Source: an uncultured archaeon (GTDB taxonomy: Archaea > Iainarchaeota > Iainarchaeia > Iainarchaeales > 1-14-0-10-31-34). Taken from it: a stretch of 64,000 nt of DNA. The position numbers and the translations under genes are program-made. The notes beneath the pieces were generated by a model, which made no database searches, was not told the origin of the DNA, and saw only the letters and a program-made list of their open reading frames with translations. Positions 41,150 through 51,764 of this stretch are shown here, piece by piece (position 1 is the stretch's first letter; every line of letters starts with the position of its first letter). The stretch spans positions 1 through 64,000 of the forward strand of contig CAYTYC010000003.1 of assembly GCA_964442255.1 (NCBI GenBank), in the 5' to 3' direction.

Positions 41150-42238
41150 ATGGGAAAAATCAAGGTTGGAATAATGGGGGTTGGAAACTGCGCAAGCAGT
41201 TTGGTGCAGGGATTAGAGTACTATAAAGATGCAAAGGGCACGGATTTTATTCCTGGCTTAATGCACACGGAATTGGGGGGCCACAAAATAGGTGAGGCAG
41301 AGGTTGTGGCCGCATTTGACATTGATGAGAGAAAAGTTGGAAAAGACGTAAGTGAAGCAGTTTTTGCCCCCCCAAACTGCACAACAAAGTTTTCCGGGGT
41401 TCCAAAAAAAGGCGTGGAAGTGAAGATGGCGCCCGTAATGGACGGATTCAACCCGGAGTTAATGGAAAAGTATCCTGAGAACCGGCGGTTTGTTGTCTCA
41501 AAGGAAACGCCAGTGGATGTTGCAAAGGAATTGCAGGAAAAAGGAGTGGAGGTGCTGGTGAACTATGTTCCGGTGGGCTCGGAAAAGGCGGCAAAGTTTT
41601 ACGCTGAAGAAGCGTTAAAAGCCGGGTGCGCGTTCATCAACTGCATGCCTGTTTTCATTGCCTCCGACAATAAATGGAGGAAAAGGTTTGAGGAAAAAAG
41701 GATTCCCGTATTGGGGGACGACATTAAGTCACAGGTCGGCGCGACAATAGTGCACCGCACGCTGGCAAGGCTGTTTGCGGACCGCGGCACGAAACTGAAC
41801 CACACTTACCAGTTGAATGTGGGGGGAAACACGGATTTTTTGAATATGCTGGACATTGAAAGGCTTAAATCAAAAAAGAAAAGCAAGACAGAATCAGTGC
41901 AAAGCCAGCTCCCTGAAAAAATGGAGGACGAAGACATTCACATTGGTCCGAGTGATTATGTTCCGTGGCTGAAGGACAACAAGCTGTGCTTCATCAGAAT
42001 GGAGGCAAAAAATTTTGGCGGAGTTCCGTTCAACATTGAGCTGAGGCTGAGCGTGGAAGACAGCCCGAATTCCGCGGGGGTCGTGATTGACGCGATAAGG
42101 TGCGCAAAGCTTGCCTTGGAAAGAAGGCAGGGCGGCGCAATAATCGGCCCAAGCTCTTACTTCTTCAAGCACCCCCCTGAACAGTTCCCTGACAGCAGGG
42201 CCCGCGAGTTAGTGGAAGAATTCATTAAAGGAAAATGA
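41150..42238 (+). CDS. ino1: myo-inositol-1-phosphate synthase
   Basis: GVGNCASSLVQG, GDDIKSQ, QLNVGGNTDF, DSPNSAG. Confidence 0.95.
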   Translation: MGKIKVGIMGVGNCASSLVQGLEYYKDAKGTDFIPGLMHTELGGHKIGEAEVVAAFDIDERKVGKDVSEAVFAPPNCTTKFSGVPKKGVEVKMAPVMDGFNPELMEKYPENRRFVVSKETPVDVAKELQEKGVEVLVNYVPVGSEKAAKFYAEEALKAGCAFINCMPVFIASDNKWRKRFEEKRIPVLGDDIKSQVGATIVHRTLARLFADRGTKLNHTYQLNVGGNTDFLNMLDIERLKSKKKSKTESVQSQLPEKMEDEDIHIGPSDYVPWLKDNKLCFIRMEAKNFGGVPFNIELRLSVEDSPNSAGVVIDAIRCAKLALERRQGGAIIGPSSYFFKHPPEQFPDSRARELVEEFIKGK

Positions 42239-42288
42239 ATTTTTCCGGAAATGTTACCTTTAAAAACCGCTTTGGACACAATTTTTTT

Positions 42289-42560
42289 GTGGGCTAGGCC
42301 GGGGAGTCAGCGGTTCCCTGTAACCGGAAATCCGCTTCATGCCGGGGCTGAAGCTTCAGGGGCAGGCGCAGATGCCAGGGCAAATCCCTGTCCGGGCAAT
42401 GAACCCCTGTCCTCTAAGATTAACTGGTATAGTGAACCCCGCCAGGTCCGGAAGGAAGCAACGGTGGCTTTAGCAGTTAATGCTTTTGAGGGTTACGGGG
42501 GCAAGCGAGGCCGGGGACTGTTTGCCCGAACATTTGCGTTTCACTTTGAAGCGTGCCCGC
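42289..42560 (+). ncRNA. ffs: archaeal SRP (7S) RNA
   Basis: 5' GGGCTAGGCCGGGG...CCTGTAACC Alu domain; helix 8 CCGCCAGGTCCGGAAGGAAGCAACGG (42439-42464); terminal GTGGGC/GCCCGC pairing; TTTAAAAA upstream. Confidence 0.9.
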
Positions 42561-42581
42561 GCTTTTGTTCAGGGGGATTAA

Positions 42582-42917
42582 ATGGAAAAAACCATGGAAA
42601 TAGAGTTAGAGGAAGGCGAGGAAATAAAAGCGTCCATAAGAAAGGCTATGCACGAAAACAAGGTCAAAAAATGCGGGATAAAGAAAATGGATGGAATAAT
42701 AAGGAAAGGGGCGGTCAGGGAAGAAGGGTCTGGTGAAGAAAAGGAATTCAATGAAGCAGAGGCAATAAGCGCAACCGGAATTTTAAGCCTGACTGAAGGC
42801 GGACTGATAGGGGAAATCAGGGTAGGCGCAAAGAAAGGGTTTTCGTTTTACAGCGGAACATTGACCAAGGGAATTGCCGCGCAAGGCTTTAAGGTGGAAG
42901 CCGCTTTTTCGGCGTGA
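42582..42917 (+). CDS. PPC/DUF296-like protein
   Basis: LEEGEEI...ISATGIL...GTL pattern. Confidence 0.55.
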   Translation: MEKTMEIELEEGEEIKASIRKAMHENKVKKCGIKKMDGIIRKGAVREEGSGEEKEFNEAEAISATGILSLTEGGLIGEIRVGAKKGFSFYSGTLTKGIAAQGFKVEAAFSA

Positions 42918-42951
42918 AATTTCTTCTTTGGATTTTGGTGTGCCGTGTAGT

Positions 42952-43305
42952 TTAAGGCTTTTTCTTTCCTTTGGGAAGGTTCAGGCTTCCGGCTCCCTCG
43001 TAAAGGACTATCGCGGATTTGATGAACGAAATCGCCGCAAAAAATGCGAACACAAAGCCTATGGGCAAAAGGAATTCAATCCACTTGCTTCCAAAAAGAA
43101 AGGAAAGCGCAAAGGTGTGAACTATCACATAGCACACGAAAAAAAAGTTTCCGGCAACAATCCATTGGAAAAGGTAGCGGGAGGGGGCGTCAGGCATTCT
43201 TTTTCTTGCCGCAGCAAACCACATCAGCGCAAAAAAGGCTATCAGGCCTGCAACCAGCCCCAGGGAAAGGTTAAATAAATCCGTTCCAGGCATGTTAAGT
43301 CTCAA
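42952..43305 (-). CDS. small three-TM membrane protein
   Basis: three hydrophobic helices. Confidence 0.6.
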   Translation of the reverse strand: MRLNMPGTDLFNLSLGLVAGLIAFFALMWFAAARKRMPDAPSRYLFQWIVAGNFFFVCYVIVHTFALSFLFGSKWIEFLLPIGFVFAFFAAISFIKSAIVLYEGAGSLNLPKGKKKP

Positions 43306-43344
43306 TTAAATAAGGCGCAGGGTGTATAAAAATCTTTCTCTGGT

Positions 43345-44016
43345 TCAAAGGGAAGAAGAAAGCTCTTCAATCCGCTTTTCAGGTGAAGAATCCTTAACAA
43401 TTCCGGAGGCAACAAAAACCCCTTTGGCGCCCAATTCAAGAGATTTTTTCACATCCCGGGAGTTTTTTATCCCCGCGCCCACAATCAGGGGAATTCCTTT
43501 TTCAGAAAGGGCTTTGGCGCAACCGGAAATTATTTCCGGGCTGGAGGAAGAAACGCTCACATCCCCGCCGATTAGTTCCGCGGGCTCAAATGCGATGAAA
43601 GACGGCGCGAATTCGGCTAATTCTTTTGCGCGCTCAAGGGACTCCGCGCAAAGCATTGTTTTCAGCCCAATTGAGGAGGCGCGTTCAACGGCTTTTTGGA
43701 TGAATGAATTGCCGCGCCTGTTTTCCGCGTGATTTAAGGCTGTTCCGGATGCGCCCGCCTCTTTCACTGCCTCCGGAAGAATGCTTCCCGTGAATGCCCC
43801 GCATTCCACGGGGTCAATGTGCTGGGAAAAGATTTTCAGGGAAACCGCCTTGGAGAGAAGGCGGATGTCAGTGGGCTGAACAACCAAAACAATTTCTTTC
43901 CCTGTTTTGTTTGCAGCGGCTTCAGCTTTTTTCGCCAACTCCAGCGCGTTTTTTCCGGTTCCCTCCGCATATGTTTTGAAGTTGATGAACAGCCTGTTCA
44001 TTTTTTTTCCCTTCAT
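43345..44016 (-). CDS. tpiA: triosephosphate isomerase (archaeal type)
   Basis: INFKTY, SQHID, NHAE, EPAELIG, GAGI, VASG. Confidence 0.95.
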   Translation of the reverse strand: MKGKKMNRLFINFKTYAEGTGKNALELAKKAEAAANKTGKEIVLVVQPTDIRLLSKAVSLKIFSQHIDPVECGAFTGSILPEAVKEAGASGTALNHAENRRGNSFIQKAVERASSIGLKTMLCAESLERAKELAEFAPSFIAFEPAELIGGDVSVSSSSPEIISGCAKALSEKGIPLIVGAGIKNSRDVKKSLELGAKGVFVASGIVKDSSPEKRIEELSSSL

Positions 44017-45326
44017 TTCAGGATTTTCTCAAGGGAACTGCTTAAGCCAAAGACCTTTTCCGCCTCTTCGCTTAACGCATAAAGCGAATCCTTTTTTCCC
44101 TTGAGTTCGGAAACACTTTTTGCTCGCTGGGTTGCGCAAATCATGCGCATTTCCTCGGCCATTGCCTCGCAGTATTTTTCCACCCCTTGCTTCTTGTCCG
44201 TGTTTGCGGCTATCAGGAAAGGCCTGGACATTGCGCTTCCGGATGCGCCGAGAAGCATTGCCTTGCAGACGTCAATCCCTGAAGTGTAGCCGCCGGCAAG
44301 AAGGATGTCAAATGAAACCTTTTTATTTAAGGCAGAGAAAACCGCGCCAGAAGGAAGGCCTATTTCATTCATCACCAGCCACGGACTCATTCCAGTCCCT
44401 CCGCCAAACCCGTCAATAGTAAGGCAGCGAATGTCGGCTTTTTCCTCTTTTTTTAGTTTTTCAATCCATTCAATCAGGGAAAGAAGGCCGCGGCCGAAGC
44501 CTGTTTTTATCCAAAAAGGAAGCCCAAAAGAAGAGTATTTTTCAATTAACTGCCTTAATTCCCCAAAAAAAAGGCTTCCGGGAGCGGAATGGCGCTGGAA
44601 TTTTCCGCCAGGCATTTTCACCACATGGTAACCGAGTTTCCTGAACCTTTCGGCATCAGCCTCTGAATCAAATTTTATTTCCCCCCCCAGCCCTTGTTTT
44701 GCCCCCTGCCCTATTTTAAGCTCAATTCCCATTGCGCCGTAGGAAACGGCTTTCTCAAAAATTTCCTGCCTCTGGTCTTCAACATTTCCCTGCACCACAA
44801 TTGCGCCGTGCTTTCCGTCAAAGGAGTCAATAAATGGCCTGATTCTTTCCTTCAGGCCTTTTTCCCCGTGTGTTGCAAGCACGTTTTCCCCGATGCTTAC
44901 CCCAATCCCTGCCCTGGCCGCGCCTTCCGCAAGGGCCTTTCCCCTTGAATGCGCGACAATGGTTGAACCCATTCCCGCGATTGAAACCGGCACCCTGAAA
45001 TCAAATCCGCCTATTTTGGTTGAAGTGTCAACCTCGTGGAAAAAAATCCCTTGCCCTTTAAGCCGGGGAATTATCTGCAGGTCTTCAAGATTGGGGCACA
45101 CTTTTTCCGCGCCAAACTGGGCCGTGCCAAAGGGCTCCGGAAAAATGGTTTTGCCTTCCTTCGCCTTTTTGCCTATTTCGCAAATCCCGCACATTATGCA
45201 TGTTGAACATATTCCGCTTTGGGTTGCATGATCAGGAAATGCAAGCCTTGTGCGGGAGCAAATGTCCTCATTTGAATGCCTTCTGAAGCCCATTGTGCTG
45301 TGGGAACGGTACTTTTCTTCAGCCAT
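44013..45326 (-). CDS. FMN-binding glutamate synthase family protein
   Basis: GMGST, GEN, ELKIGQGAK..GGE, TIDGFGGGTGMSP; N-terminal Cys cluster. Confidence 0.85.
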   Translation of the reverse strand: MAEEKYRSHSTMGFRRHSNEDICSRTRLAFPDHATQSGICSTCIMCGICEIGKKAKEGKTIFPEPFGTAQFGAEKVCPNLEDLQIIPRLKGQGIFFHEVDTSTKIGGFDFRVPVSIAGMGSTIVAHSRGKALAEGAARAGIGVSIGENVLATHGEKGLKERIRPFIDSFDGKHGAIVVQGNVEDQRQEIFEKAVSYGAMGIELKIGQGAKQGLGGEIKFDSEADAERFRKLGYHVVKMPGGKFQRHSAPGSLFFGELRQLIEKYSSFGLPFWIKTGFGRGLLSLIEWIEKLKKEEKADIRCLTIDGFGGGTGMSPWLVMNEIGLPSGAVFSALNKKVSFDILLAGGYTSGIDVCKAMLLGASGSAMSRPFLIAANTDKKQGVEKYCEAMAEEMRMICATQRAKSVSELKGKKDSLYALSEEAEKVFGLSSSLEKILK

Positions 45327-45428
45327 ATAACGGAATAACAGCGTTAAAAATAAAAAGGAAAAACAAACAGCCCTGTTTTCGGAAAAAAGGGAAAATAAAA
45401 AAACTTTGCGTCAGGAATATTTGGGAAA

Positions 45429-47333
45429 ATGCTTTACAAGAAAGCGGATTTCAGGCAGCTGCTGGGGCAGTTCAGGCTGGCAAATCCCGGGGCGGAGGAA
45501 AAGGAGTTGGTTAAGGCGGAGAAGATGATAAGGAAAAGCCTTATGGAAAGGGAAAGGCGGGACGGAGAAACCGCTTACCAGCATTCCCTGAACACCGCAT
45601 CGCTTGCCGCCCAAATAGGGTTTGACCCTGAAACAATACTTTCTGCACTGCTTCACAACGCCCTGGACCACGGGGAAATTGAAGGCCGGGAAATCGCCTC
45701 AAAATTCAGCCCGGAAATAGCTGCGCTGGTTGAAGAGGTGACAAAAACCAACCAAATTATTTCAAGGAACCGGGAAAATGTTTCCCCGGGAACGTTAAGC
45801 AAGGTTGTTTTAAGCGCGTCCAGGGACATCCGCGCATTGCTTATTCTCCTGTGCGACAAGGTGGAAAACATGCGGTCGCTTGAGGGGCTTTCCGGGGAAG
45901 AACAAGTGAAAAAGGCTTCGCTTGTGTTAAGCCTTTTTGTCCCCATAAGCCACAAGCTGGGGCTAAATGAAATAAAGTGGGAGCTCCAGGATTTGGCGAT
46001 GAAGGTTTTGAATCCTGAAGCATACTTTGAGTTAAAGGAAATGCTCGGGAAAAAAAGGGAGGACCGGGAAAAATGGCTTGCGGAGCTGATAAACGAAATC
46101 AGGGGAATGCTGGAGAAAAAAAAAATCAAGGCAACAATTTACGGGAGAATAAAAAATTTTTACGGAACCCACCAAAAGATGCTGAAAAAAAACAAGCCCA
46201 TTGAAGAGATAAATGACTTGACTGCAGTGAGAATAATCTGCGACACGGAAAAAGACTGCTACTCTGTTCTGGGGGCCCTAAACCAGCACTACACTCCTTT
46301 AAAGGGCGGGTTTGACGACTATATCGTCCGCCCAAAACCCAACGGCTACCGCTCAATCCACTCAGACTTCCGGAAAAAAAACGGGGACGTGTTTGAGGCG
46401 CAGATAAGGACCTGGAAAATGCATGCCGAAGCGGAAGGGGGCGCTGCCGCGCACTGGGCATACAAGGAATACGAAAAGGACAAGGACTTCGACAAAAAGC
46501 TCAGCTGGGCGAAACAGCTGGTCGAATGGGGGAGAAGCTCATTGGAATCAAAGGAATTCCTGAATTCAATCAAACTTGATTTCGGCAGGAAAAAAATCTT
46601 TGTTTTCACCCCAAAGGGAGAGGTTGTGGAGCTTGAGGAATTTTCCACTCCCGTGGATTTTGCTTACTCAATACACAGCGAAATCGGCAACAGGGCACTG
46701 AAAGCGAAAGTGAACGGAATGCTTGTTTCCCTGGACGCCGTGCTGAAAGACGGCGACACCGTTGAAATAATTACATCACAAAAGCAGTCTCCCAGGCGGA
46801 GCTGGCTGCATTTCGTGAAAACAAGCAAGGCAAGGCAAAAGATAAAGTCAAGCCTTGAATTCAGGGGAATAAAAAGAAAAATAAAGGAAAAACTGCCCTC
46901 CACGAAAAGGCAGATAAAAAAAAGGAGGCAGGAATCCATTAAGCTAAGCAAGTGCTGCAACCCTGTCCCGGGGGACGAAATAATCGCATATCACACGACA
47001 AAAAGAAAAATAACAGTGCACAAGAAGGGCTGCCAGAACGTGAAAAAAATCGCCATTAAAAACAGGTTTTTTGAGCTTGACTGGGGGATAGTCGGCAAAA
47101 AGGATTTCAGGGTAGCGGTAAAAGTCAAAGCCCGGGACAGGCCCAGCCTTCTCACCGATTTGCTGAAAGCCATTTCCAAGGGAAACGCCGGGCTTGTTTC
47201 CACGAACGCGAAAGTTGAAAACAATGTTGCGATGTGCGAATTTCTTGTGGAAATAAAGGACCAGCTGCAGCTTGAGTTGCTGCTGAAAAGCCTGGGAAAG
47301 GTAAAAGGCACAATGGAAGTCAAAAAAGCGTAA
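45429..47333 (+). CDS. long RelA/SpoT homologue (HD-like, SYNTH, TGS, ZFD, ACT)
   Basis: GRIK, DLTAVR, DYIVRPKPNGYRSIH, EAQIRT, AAHWAYK, FVFTPKG, DFAYSIHS, KCCNPVPGD, DRPSLL. Confidence 0.93.
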   Translation: MLYKKADFRQLLGQFRLANPGAEEKELVKAEKMIRKSLMERERRDGETAYQHSLNTASLAAQIGFDPETILSALLHNALDHGEIEGREIASKFSPEIAALVEEVTKTNQIISRNRENVSPGTLSKVVLSASRDIRALLILLCDKVENMRSLEGLSGEEQVKKASLVLSLFVPISHKLGLNEIKWELQDLAMKVLNPEAYFELKEMLGKKREDREKWLAELINEIRGMLEKKKIKATIYGRIKNFYGTHQKMLKKNKPIEEINDLTAVRIICDTEKDCYSVLGALNQHYTPLKGGFDDYIVRPKPNGYRSIHSDFRKKNGDVFEAQIRTWKMHAEAEGGAAAHWAYKEYEKDKDFDKKLSWAKQLVEWGRSSLESKEFLNSIKLDFGRKKIFVFTPKGEVVELEEFSTPVDFAYSIHSEIGNRALKAKVNGMLVSLDAVLKDGDTVEIITSQKQSPRRSWLHFVKTSKARQKIKSSLEFRGIKRKIKEKLPSTKRQIKKRRQESIKLSKCCNPVPGDEIIAYHTTKRKITVHKKGCQNVKKIAIKNRFFELDWGIVGKKDFRVAVKVKARDRPSLLTDLLKAISKGNAGLVSTNAKVENNVAMCEFLVEIKDQLQLELLLKSLGKVKGTMEVKKA

Positions 47334-47465
47334 AAACCCGTTTGCTAACTGTCCTTTATAAAAGGGCCAACGACCGCTGTTTTAGGGCGTGATATGGCTC
47401 TTTTCCGGTTGTTTCCCTGTGGCAAGTAAAAACAAAAGGTTTAAATCCTTGAACTGCGATTTATT

Positions 47466-48224
47466 GTGGGGAAAAATAAAATGGACAGGGTTAAGACAGG
47501 GATAGCCGGTTTGGACAACCTGATGGAAGGCGGTTTCCCTAAGGGAAGGACTATTTTGGTCAGCGGAGCCTGCGGGACAGGCAAAACCATTTTTTCAATG
47601 CAGTACGTCTACAACGGCGCGGTAAAATACAATGAGCCCGGGGTTTACGTTACTTTGGATGAACGGCCTGACCTCATAAGGCAGGATGTAATGAACTTTG
47701 GCTGGGACGTCAAAAAGCTTGAGGCAAAAAATCAGGTGAACATCATTGACGGAAGCGTTGCAAGGCTCGGCTTTCCCTCCGAAGAAGAATTTGCCATGCC
47801 TGTTACAGGATTTGACTTGGACAAGCTCCTTTTGGAGGTAATGCGGGTCTCCAAAAGAATTGGGGCAAAACGGGTTGTGATTGACTCAATTCCCGCGCTT
47901 GGGTTCAACTTTGAGGACGAAAACGAGGTCAGGAAAGCGGTGCTGAAGCTCAGCTATATGCTAATGAAAAGCGGGGTTACCGCGGTCCTCACCTCCGAGA
48001 TGAGGGAAGAAGAAAACCGTTTTGGAAAATATGATGTGGAGGAATACATCGTGGACGGGGTTATTGTCCTGCATTACAGCGGAGTCGGGGGAGGGGGAAC
48101 GAACAGGACAATGCACATCAGGAAAATGCGCGCAACAAAGCATTCCGAAGACTTGCATCCCATTTCAATCGGAAAAGGCGGAATGACCATACATAAGCTG
48201 GATGAAGTGTACACAGAAGAATAA
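47466..48224 (+). CDS. KaiC/RAD55-like RecA-superfamily ATPase
   Basis: TGIAGLD..GGFP, GACGTGKT, RVVIDS, RKMRAT. Confidence 0.9.
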   Translation: MGKNKMDRVKTGIAGLDNLMEGGFPKGRTILVSGACGTGKTIFSMQYVYNGAVKYNEPGVYVTLDERPDLIRQDVMNFGWDVKKLEAKNQVNIIDGSVARLGFPSEEEFAMPVTGFDLDKLLLEVMRVSKRIGAKRVVIDSIPALGFNFEDENEVRKAVLKLSYMLMKSGVTAVLTSEMREEENRFGKYDVEEYIVDGVIVLHYSGVGGGGTNRTMHIRKMRATKHSEDLHPISIGKGGMTIHKLDEVYTEE

Positions 48225-48226
48225 GT

Positions 48227-49831
48227 TCACCTGATTTTTTTGAGTATTTCTGCTGCCTTTTCCTTTCCCAACGCAAAAATAAGCGGCCCCGCTTTCGGGC
48301 CAAATGACTTTCCGGTTAAAGCAGTGTACAGGGCCTCATAAAATTTTTTGGGGGGCAAAGACTTTTTCTTTGCAATCCCCATGAAAGATTTCTGCAGTTC
48401 TTCAGGGCTTTCCGCTGATTCAATTACCTTTGCAGATTCCCTTAAGGCGTCCTTGAGTTCCATGGGCCAGTCTTTTGCTTCATGGGCTTCCCTCTCCTTC
48501 AGGCTGAACCGCGCCTCCTCCGGCGCAAACCCCTTCACCCAATTCCTTGCAAGGGAAACCCTTTCCCTCAAAAGTTCAAGCTGTTCCCCGGATTCCTTTC
48601 CCGTGAGAAAGCCGGCGTCAAGCATTCTCTGCATTGCGTTCTCATCGGAGCCGGAAAGCTGGACGACCATTGCGGCAGTTGAATAGTCAACAGGAACCGG
48701 AAGCAACGGCCGTTTTGTGCGGGAGAAGTCGGTAAGCTTTCCTGAATGGGAGGATTTTTTTTCCACGGCCTCCGCCAGGGCTCTGTCAAGCTCAAGCTCC
48801 ATTCCCGGCACATCATTCCAGGAAAAGCTTCTTGCCCGGTTTATGCGCTTCATGAAAAGCATTTTAAGGGTCTCAGGCCTTGAAACGGAAAGCCATTGCT
48901 GTGGGTAGACAACATTACCCAATGATGCGCTCATTTTGACCCCGTCAACCATGAGGTGCTCGTAAAAAATCGGTTCAGGGGAGGGAAAGGAAAGGATTTT
49001 TTCGCATATCCCGGCATTAACCCAAAAAGCCGAGTTTTTGGCTTCGTATTCTTTTCCCGCGCCCTCGCTGCACACCCCCCATTTTTTCCACTGCGCAGCC
49101 CACTCGCTTTTCCACACAAGCTTTCCGTCTGGATTTGAAAGCGATGACTTTCCTTCGTGCCCGCAGCCCTTTGCCGTGAATTTCTCAAAGGAGTAATCCC
49201 TGCACGAATAATGAATGGTTTTTCCGTCAACCTCCTCAACCACTGTTGTCTGCATGTTTCCGCAGGAATCGCAGATAGGCTTCCAGGGGCTCCAGTTTTC
49301 CCCCATCCTTGCCCCGGTTGTTTCCTCAATTATTTTCTTTACCTTCCCCGTGTTTTCAATTATTTCTTTTATCAGGGAATTGAAAGAGCCTTTCCGGTAT
49401 TCTTCCCTCATTGAAAATTTTTTAGGAAAAAACTCAAGGAATTTTTCAGCCGAAGAAAAAAAGCCGTCAAGGAAATGCTCGGCATAGCTTTTGTGGCACC
49501 CTTCGGGGTCGGGGACATCCGATACCGGGAACCCAATGAATTGCGAGAATTTTTTCGGCACTCCTTTAGGGATTTTCCTTAAGGGATCCATGTCTTCGGT
49601 TACGTAAATGAATTCTGCGGGAAATCCTTTTTCTTTGAGCGCACGGTAAACAGCCTCACCCCGGAGAATGTCGCTCAGCCTGCCAATGTGCAGGACCCCG
49701 GAAAGCGAAGAACTTGATTTCACTGACCAGCTTTTTTGTTCCGGAATTTTTTTTTTGAGGAAACGGAATCTTTTTCTTGAGCGCACATTTCCGGCAATTT
49801 TTTGCGCCCAAAAGGAGTTTTTTTCACCCAT
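48227..49831 (-). CDS. lysS: class I lysyl-tRNA synthetase
   Basis: SGVLHIG, DMDPLRKIP, KLVWKSEW, GKE, KMSASLGN, GPK. Confidence 0.93.
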   Translation of the reverse strand: MGEKNSFWAQKIAGNVRSRKRFRFLKKKIPEQKSWSVKSSSSLSGVLHIGRLSDILRGEAVYRALKEKGFPAEFIYVTEDMDPLRKIPKGVPKKFSQFIGFPVSDVPDPEGCHKSYAEHFLDGFFSSAEKFLEFFPKKFSMREEYRKGSFNSLIKEIIENTGKVKKIIEETTGARMGENWSPWKPICDSCGNMQTTVVEEVDGKTIHYSCRDYSFEKFTAKGCGHEGKSSLSNPDGKLVWKSEWAAQWKKWGVCSEGAGKEYEAKNSAFWVNAGICEKILSFPSPEPIFYEHLMVDGVKMSASLGNVVYPQQWLSVSRPETLKMLFMKRINRARSFSWNDVPGMELELDRALAEAVEKKSSHSGKLTDFSRTKRPLLPVPVDYSTAAMVVQLSGSDENAMQRMLDAGFLTGKESGEQLELLRERVSLARNWVKGFAPEEARFSLKEREAHEAKDWPMELKDALRESAKVIESAESPEELQKSFMGIAKKKSLPPKKFYEALYTALTGKSFGPKAGPLIFALGKEKAAEILKKIR

Positions 49832-49839
49832 TTAAGCCC

Positions 49840-51384
49840 CTACTCGTATTCAATTGTCGCGGGGGGCTTTTGGGAGATGTCGTACAAAACCCTGTTAACC
49901 CCCCTGACCTCGTTTATTATCCTGCTTGAAACCCTTTCAAGGAATCCGTGGGGAAGCTTTGCCCAATCCGCTGTCATCGCGTCCCTGGAGGTTACTGCGC
50001 GAAGGGAAACAATGTATTCGTATGTCCTGGAGTCGCCCATTACCCCCACGCTTTTTGCGGGGAGGAGCGCGGCAAGCGCCTGCCAAACGCAGTCATAGTA
50101 AGCGGATTTTTCAAGCTCCTCAATGAATATGGAGTCCGCTTCCCTTAAAATCTCAATTTTTTTCCTGTCCACCGGGCCCAAAACCCTCACCCCCAAGCCC
50201 GGGCCAGGGAAAGGGTGGCGGGAAAGGGCTTTACGCGGAAGACCGAGAAGTTTTCCTATTTCCCTTACCTCGTCCTTGTAGAAGTCTTTCAGGGGCTCAA
50301 CCAGCTCAAAGCGCATTCCCTTTGGAAGGACAACGTTGTGGTGGGATTTAATGCGGGAAGCCTTTGGGTTTGGGGACGCCGACTCAATCCTGTCCGGATA
50401 AATTGTGCCCTGCCCGAGGAGAGGGATTTTTTCCCCTGCTTTTTCAAGTTGTTTTGCCTTGGACTCAAATTCCTCAATAAAAGTGCGGCCGATTATTTTT
50501 CTCTTTTTTTCGGGGTCGAAAACCCTCTTCAGCCTGCGGAGGAAATTCTTTTCCGCATCAACCACATAAAGCCTGAAGCCAAGTTTTTTGTACAATGCTT
50601 TTATGTAAATGGCCTCGTTTTTTCTCATCAGGCCGTTGTCCACGAAAACGCAGAACAACTTTTTGGGCCTGGCTTTCTTGAGCATGGCCGCGGCAACAAG
50701 CGAATCAACCCCGCCTGAAACCCCGAGCAAAACTTTTTTGCCTTTGACTTCCTCGCTTAATTTGGACTGGAGGATGGAAAATTGTTCCCTGAGGCGCCAG
50801 TTTTTTTTCGCCCCGCACACCCCGAACACAAAGTTTTTCAGCATCCTGTTCCCCCCTAAAGTGTGCTGAACCTCTGGATGGAATTGAATTGAAAAAATTT
50901 TTTTTCTCCTGACTTCAAACCCCGCATTCCTGCAGTTGTCTGTGGAGGCAACGCGTTTTGAGTTAGGGGGAAGCCTGTTCACTGTGTCGCGGTGGGAAAG
51001 CCAAACCATGGTTTCTTTCTTAAGCCCCTTAAAAAGGGGGGAAAATGAAAGTGAGGCAATTTTTTTTCCGTACTGCCCTTTTTTTCCCTTTGAAACCTTT
51101 CCGCCAAGCATTTTGGCAAGCAGCTGATGCCCGTAGCAGATTCCCAAAACAGGGACTCCAAAAGAAAGCGCTTTCCTGCGGAGTTTGGGCGCGCCTTTTT
51201 CGTAAATGCTTTTCGGCCCCCCTGAAAGAACCATCCCAACGGGCTTCTCTTTTTTCAGCCTGCCCAAAACCTTTTCCGGCTCAATTATTTCCGCCTTAAC
51301 CCCGGATTCCCGTATTCTCCGGGCAATTAAGTGGCAGTACTGCCCGCCAAAATTCACTACCAAAATCATGGAAAAACCTCTCAT
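49840..51384 (-). CDS. guaA: GMP synthase (fused GATase plus ATPPase)
   Basis: [40 protein letters not shown]. Confidence 0.96.
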   Translation of the reverse strand: MRGFSMILVVNFGGQYCHLIARRIRESGVKAEIIEPEKVLGRLKKEKPVGMVLSGGPKSIYEKGAPKLRRKALSFGVPVLGICYGHQLLAKMLGGKVSKGKKGQYGKKIASLSFSPLFKGLKKETMVWLSHRDTVNRLPPNSKRVASTDNCRNAGFEVRRKKIFSIQFHPEVQHTLGGNRMLKNFVFGVCGAKKNWRLREQFSILQSKLSEEVKGKKVLLGVSGGVDSLVAAAMLKKARPKKLFCVFVDNGLMRKNEAIYIKALYKKLGFRLYVVDAEKNFLRRLKRVFDPEKKRKIIGRTFIEEFESKAKQLEKAGEKIPLLGQGTIYPDRIESASPNPKASRIKSHHNVVLPKGMRFELVEPLKDFYKDEVREIGKLLGLPRKALSRHPFPGPGLGVRVLGPVDRKKIEILREADSIFIEELEKSAYYDCVWQALAALLPAKSVGVMGDSRTYEYIVSLRAVTSRDAMTADWAKLPHGFLERVSSRIINEVRGVNRVLYDISQKPPATIEYE

Positions 51385-51764
51385 TTGCAGAGTTCAAGCA
51401 CCCTAATCGCGAGCCATGCCGCGTTCTGCCCGTTGTCTATTCCGACCGTTGCGACGGGCACACCCTTCGGCATCTGCATCATTGAAAGCAGTGCGTCCAA
51501 CCCCTCAAGCCTTACATTAACCGGAACCCCTATGACGGGCTTTTTGGTTTGCGAAGCGATTGCCCCGGGAAGGGCAGCGGAAAGCCCTGCAATTGCTATG
51601 AAAACCGCAAAATTCTTTCCCGCGATCTTCTTCACTTCCTCCGGGTTTCTGTGGGCGGAGGCAACAAATGTTTCAAATTCCACATTGTTTTCCTTCAAAA
51701 CCGCCTCCGCTTTTTCGGCTATGCGCCTGTCTGATTCCGAGCCAAGGACTATTGCAACCTTCAT
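51381..51764 (-). CDS. purE: AIR carboxylase / N5-CAIR mutase
   Basis: [34 protein letters not shown]. Confidence 0.95.
   Translation of the reverse strand: MKVAIVLGSESDRRIAEKAEAVLKENNVEFETFVASAHRNPEEVKKIAGKNFAVFIAIAGLSAALPGAIASQTKKPVIGVPVNVRLEGLDALLSMMQMPKGVPVATVGIDNGQNAAWLAIRVLELCK

Noticed and set aside
42251..42736. 161-aa ORF
   Set aside because: It overlaps the SRP RNA and the next gene; shadow ORF.
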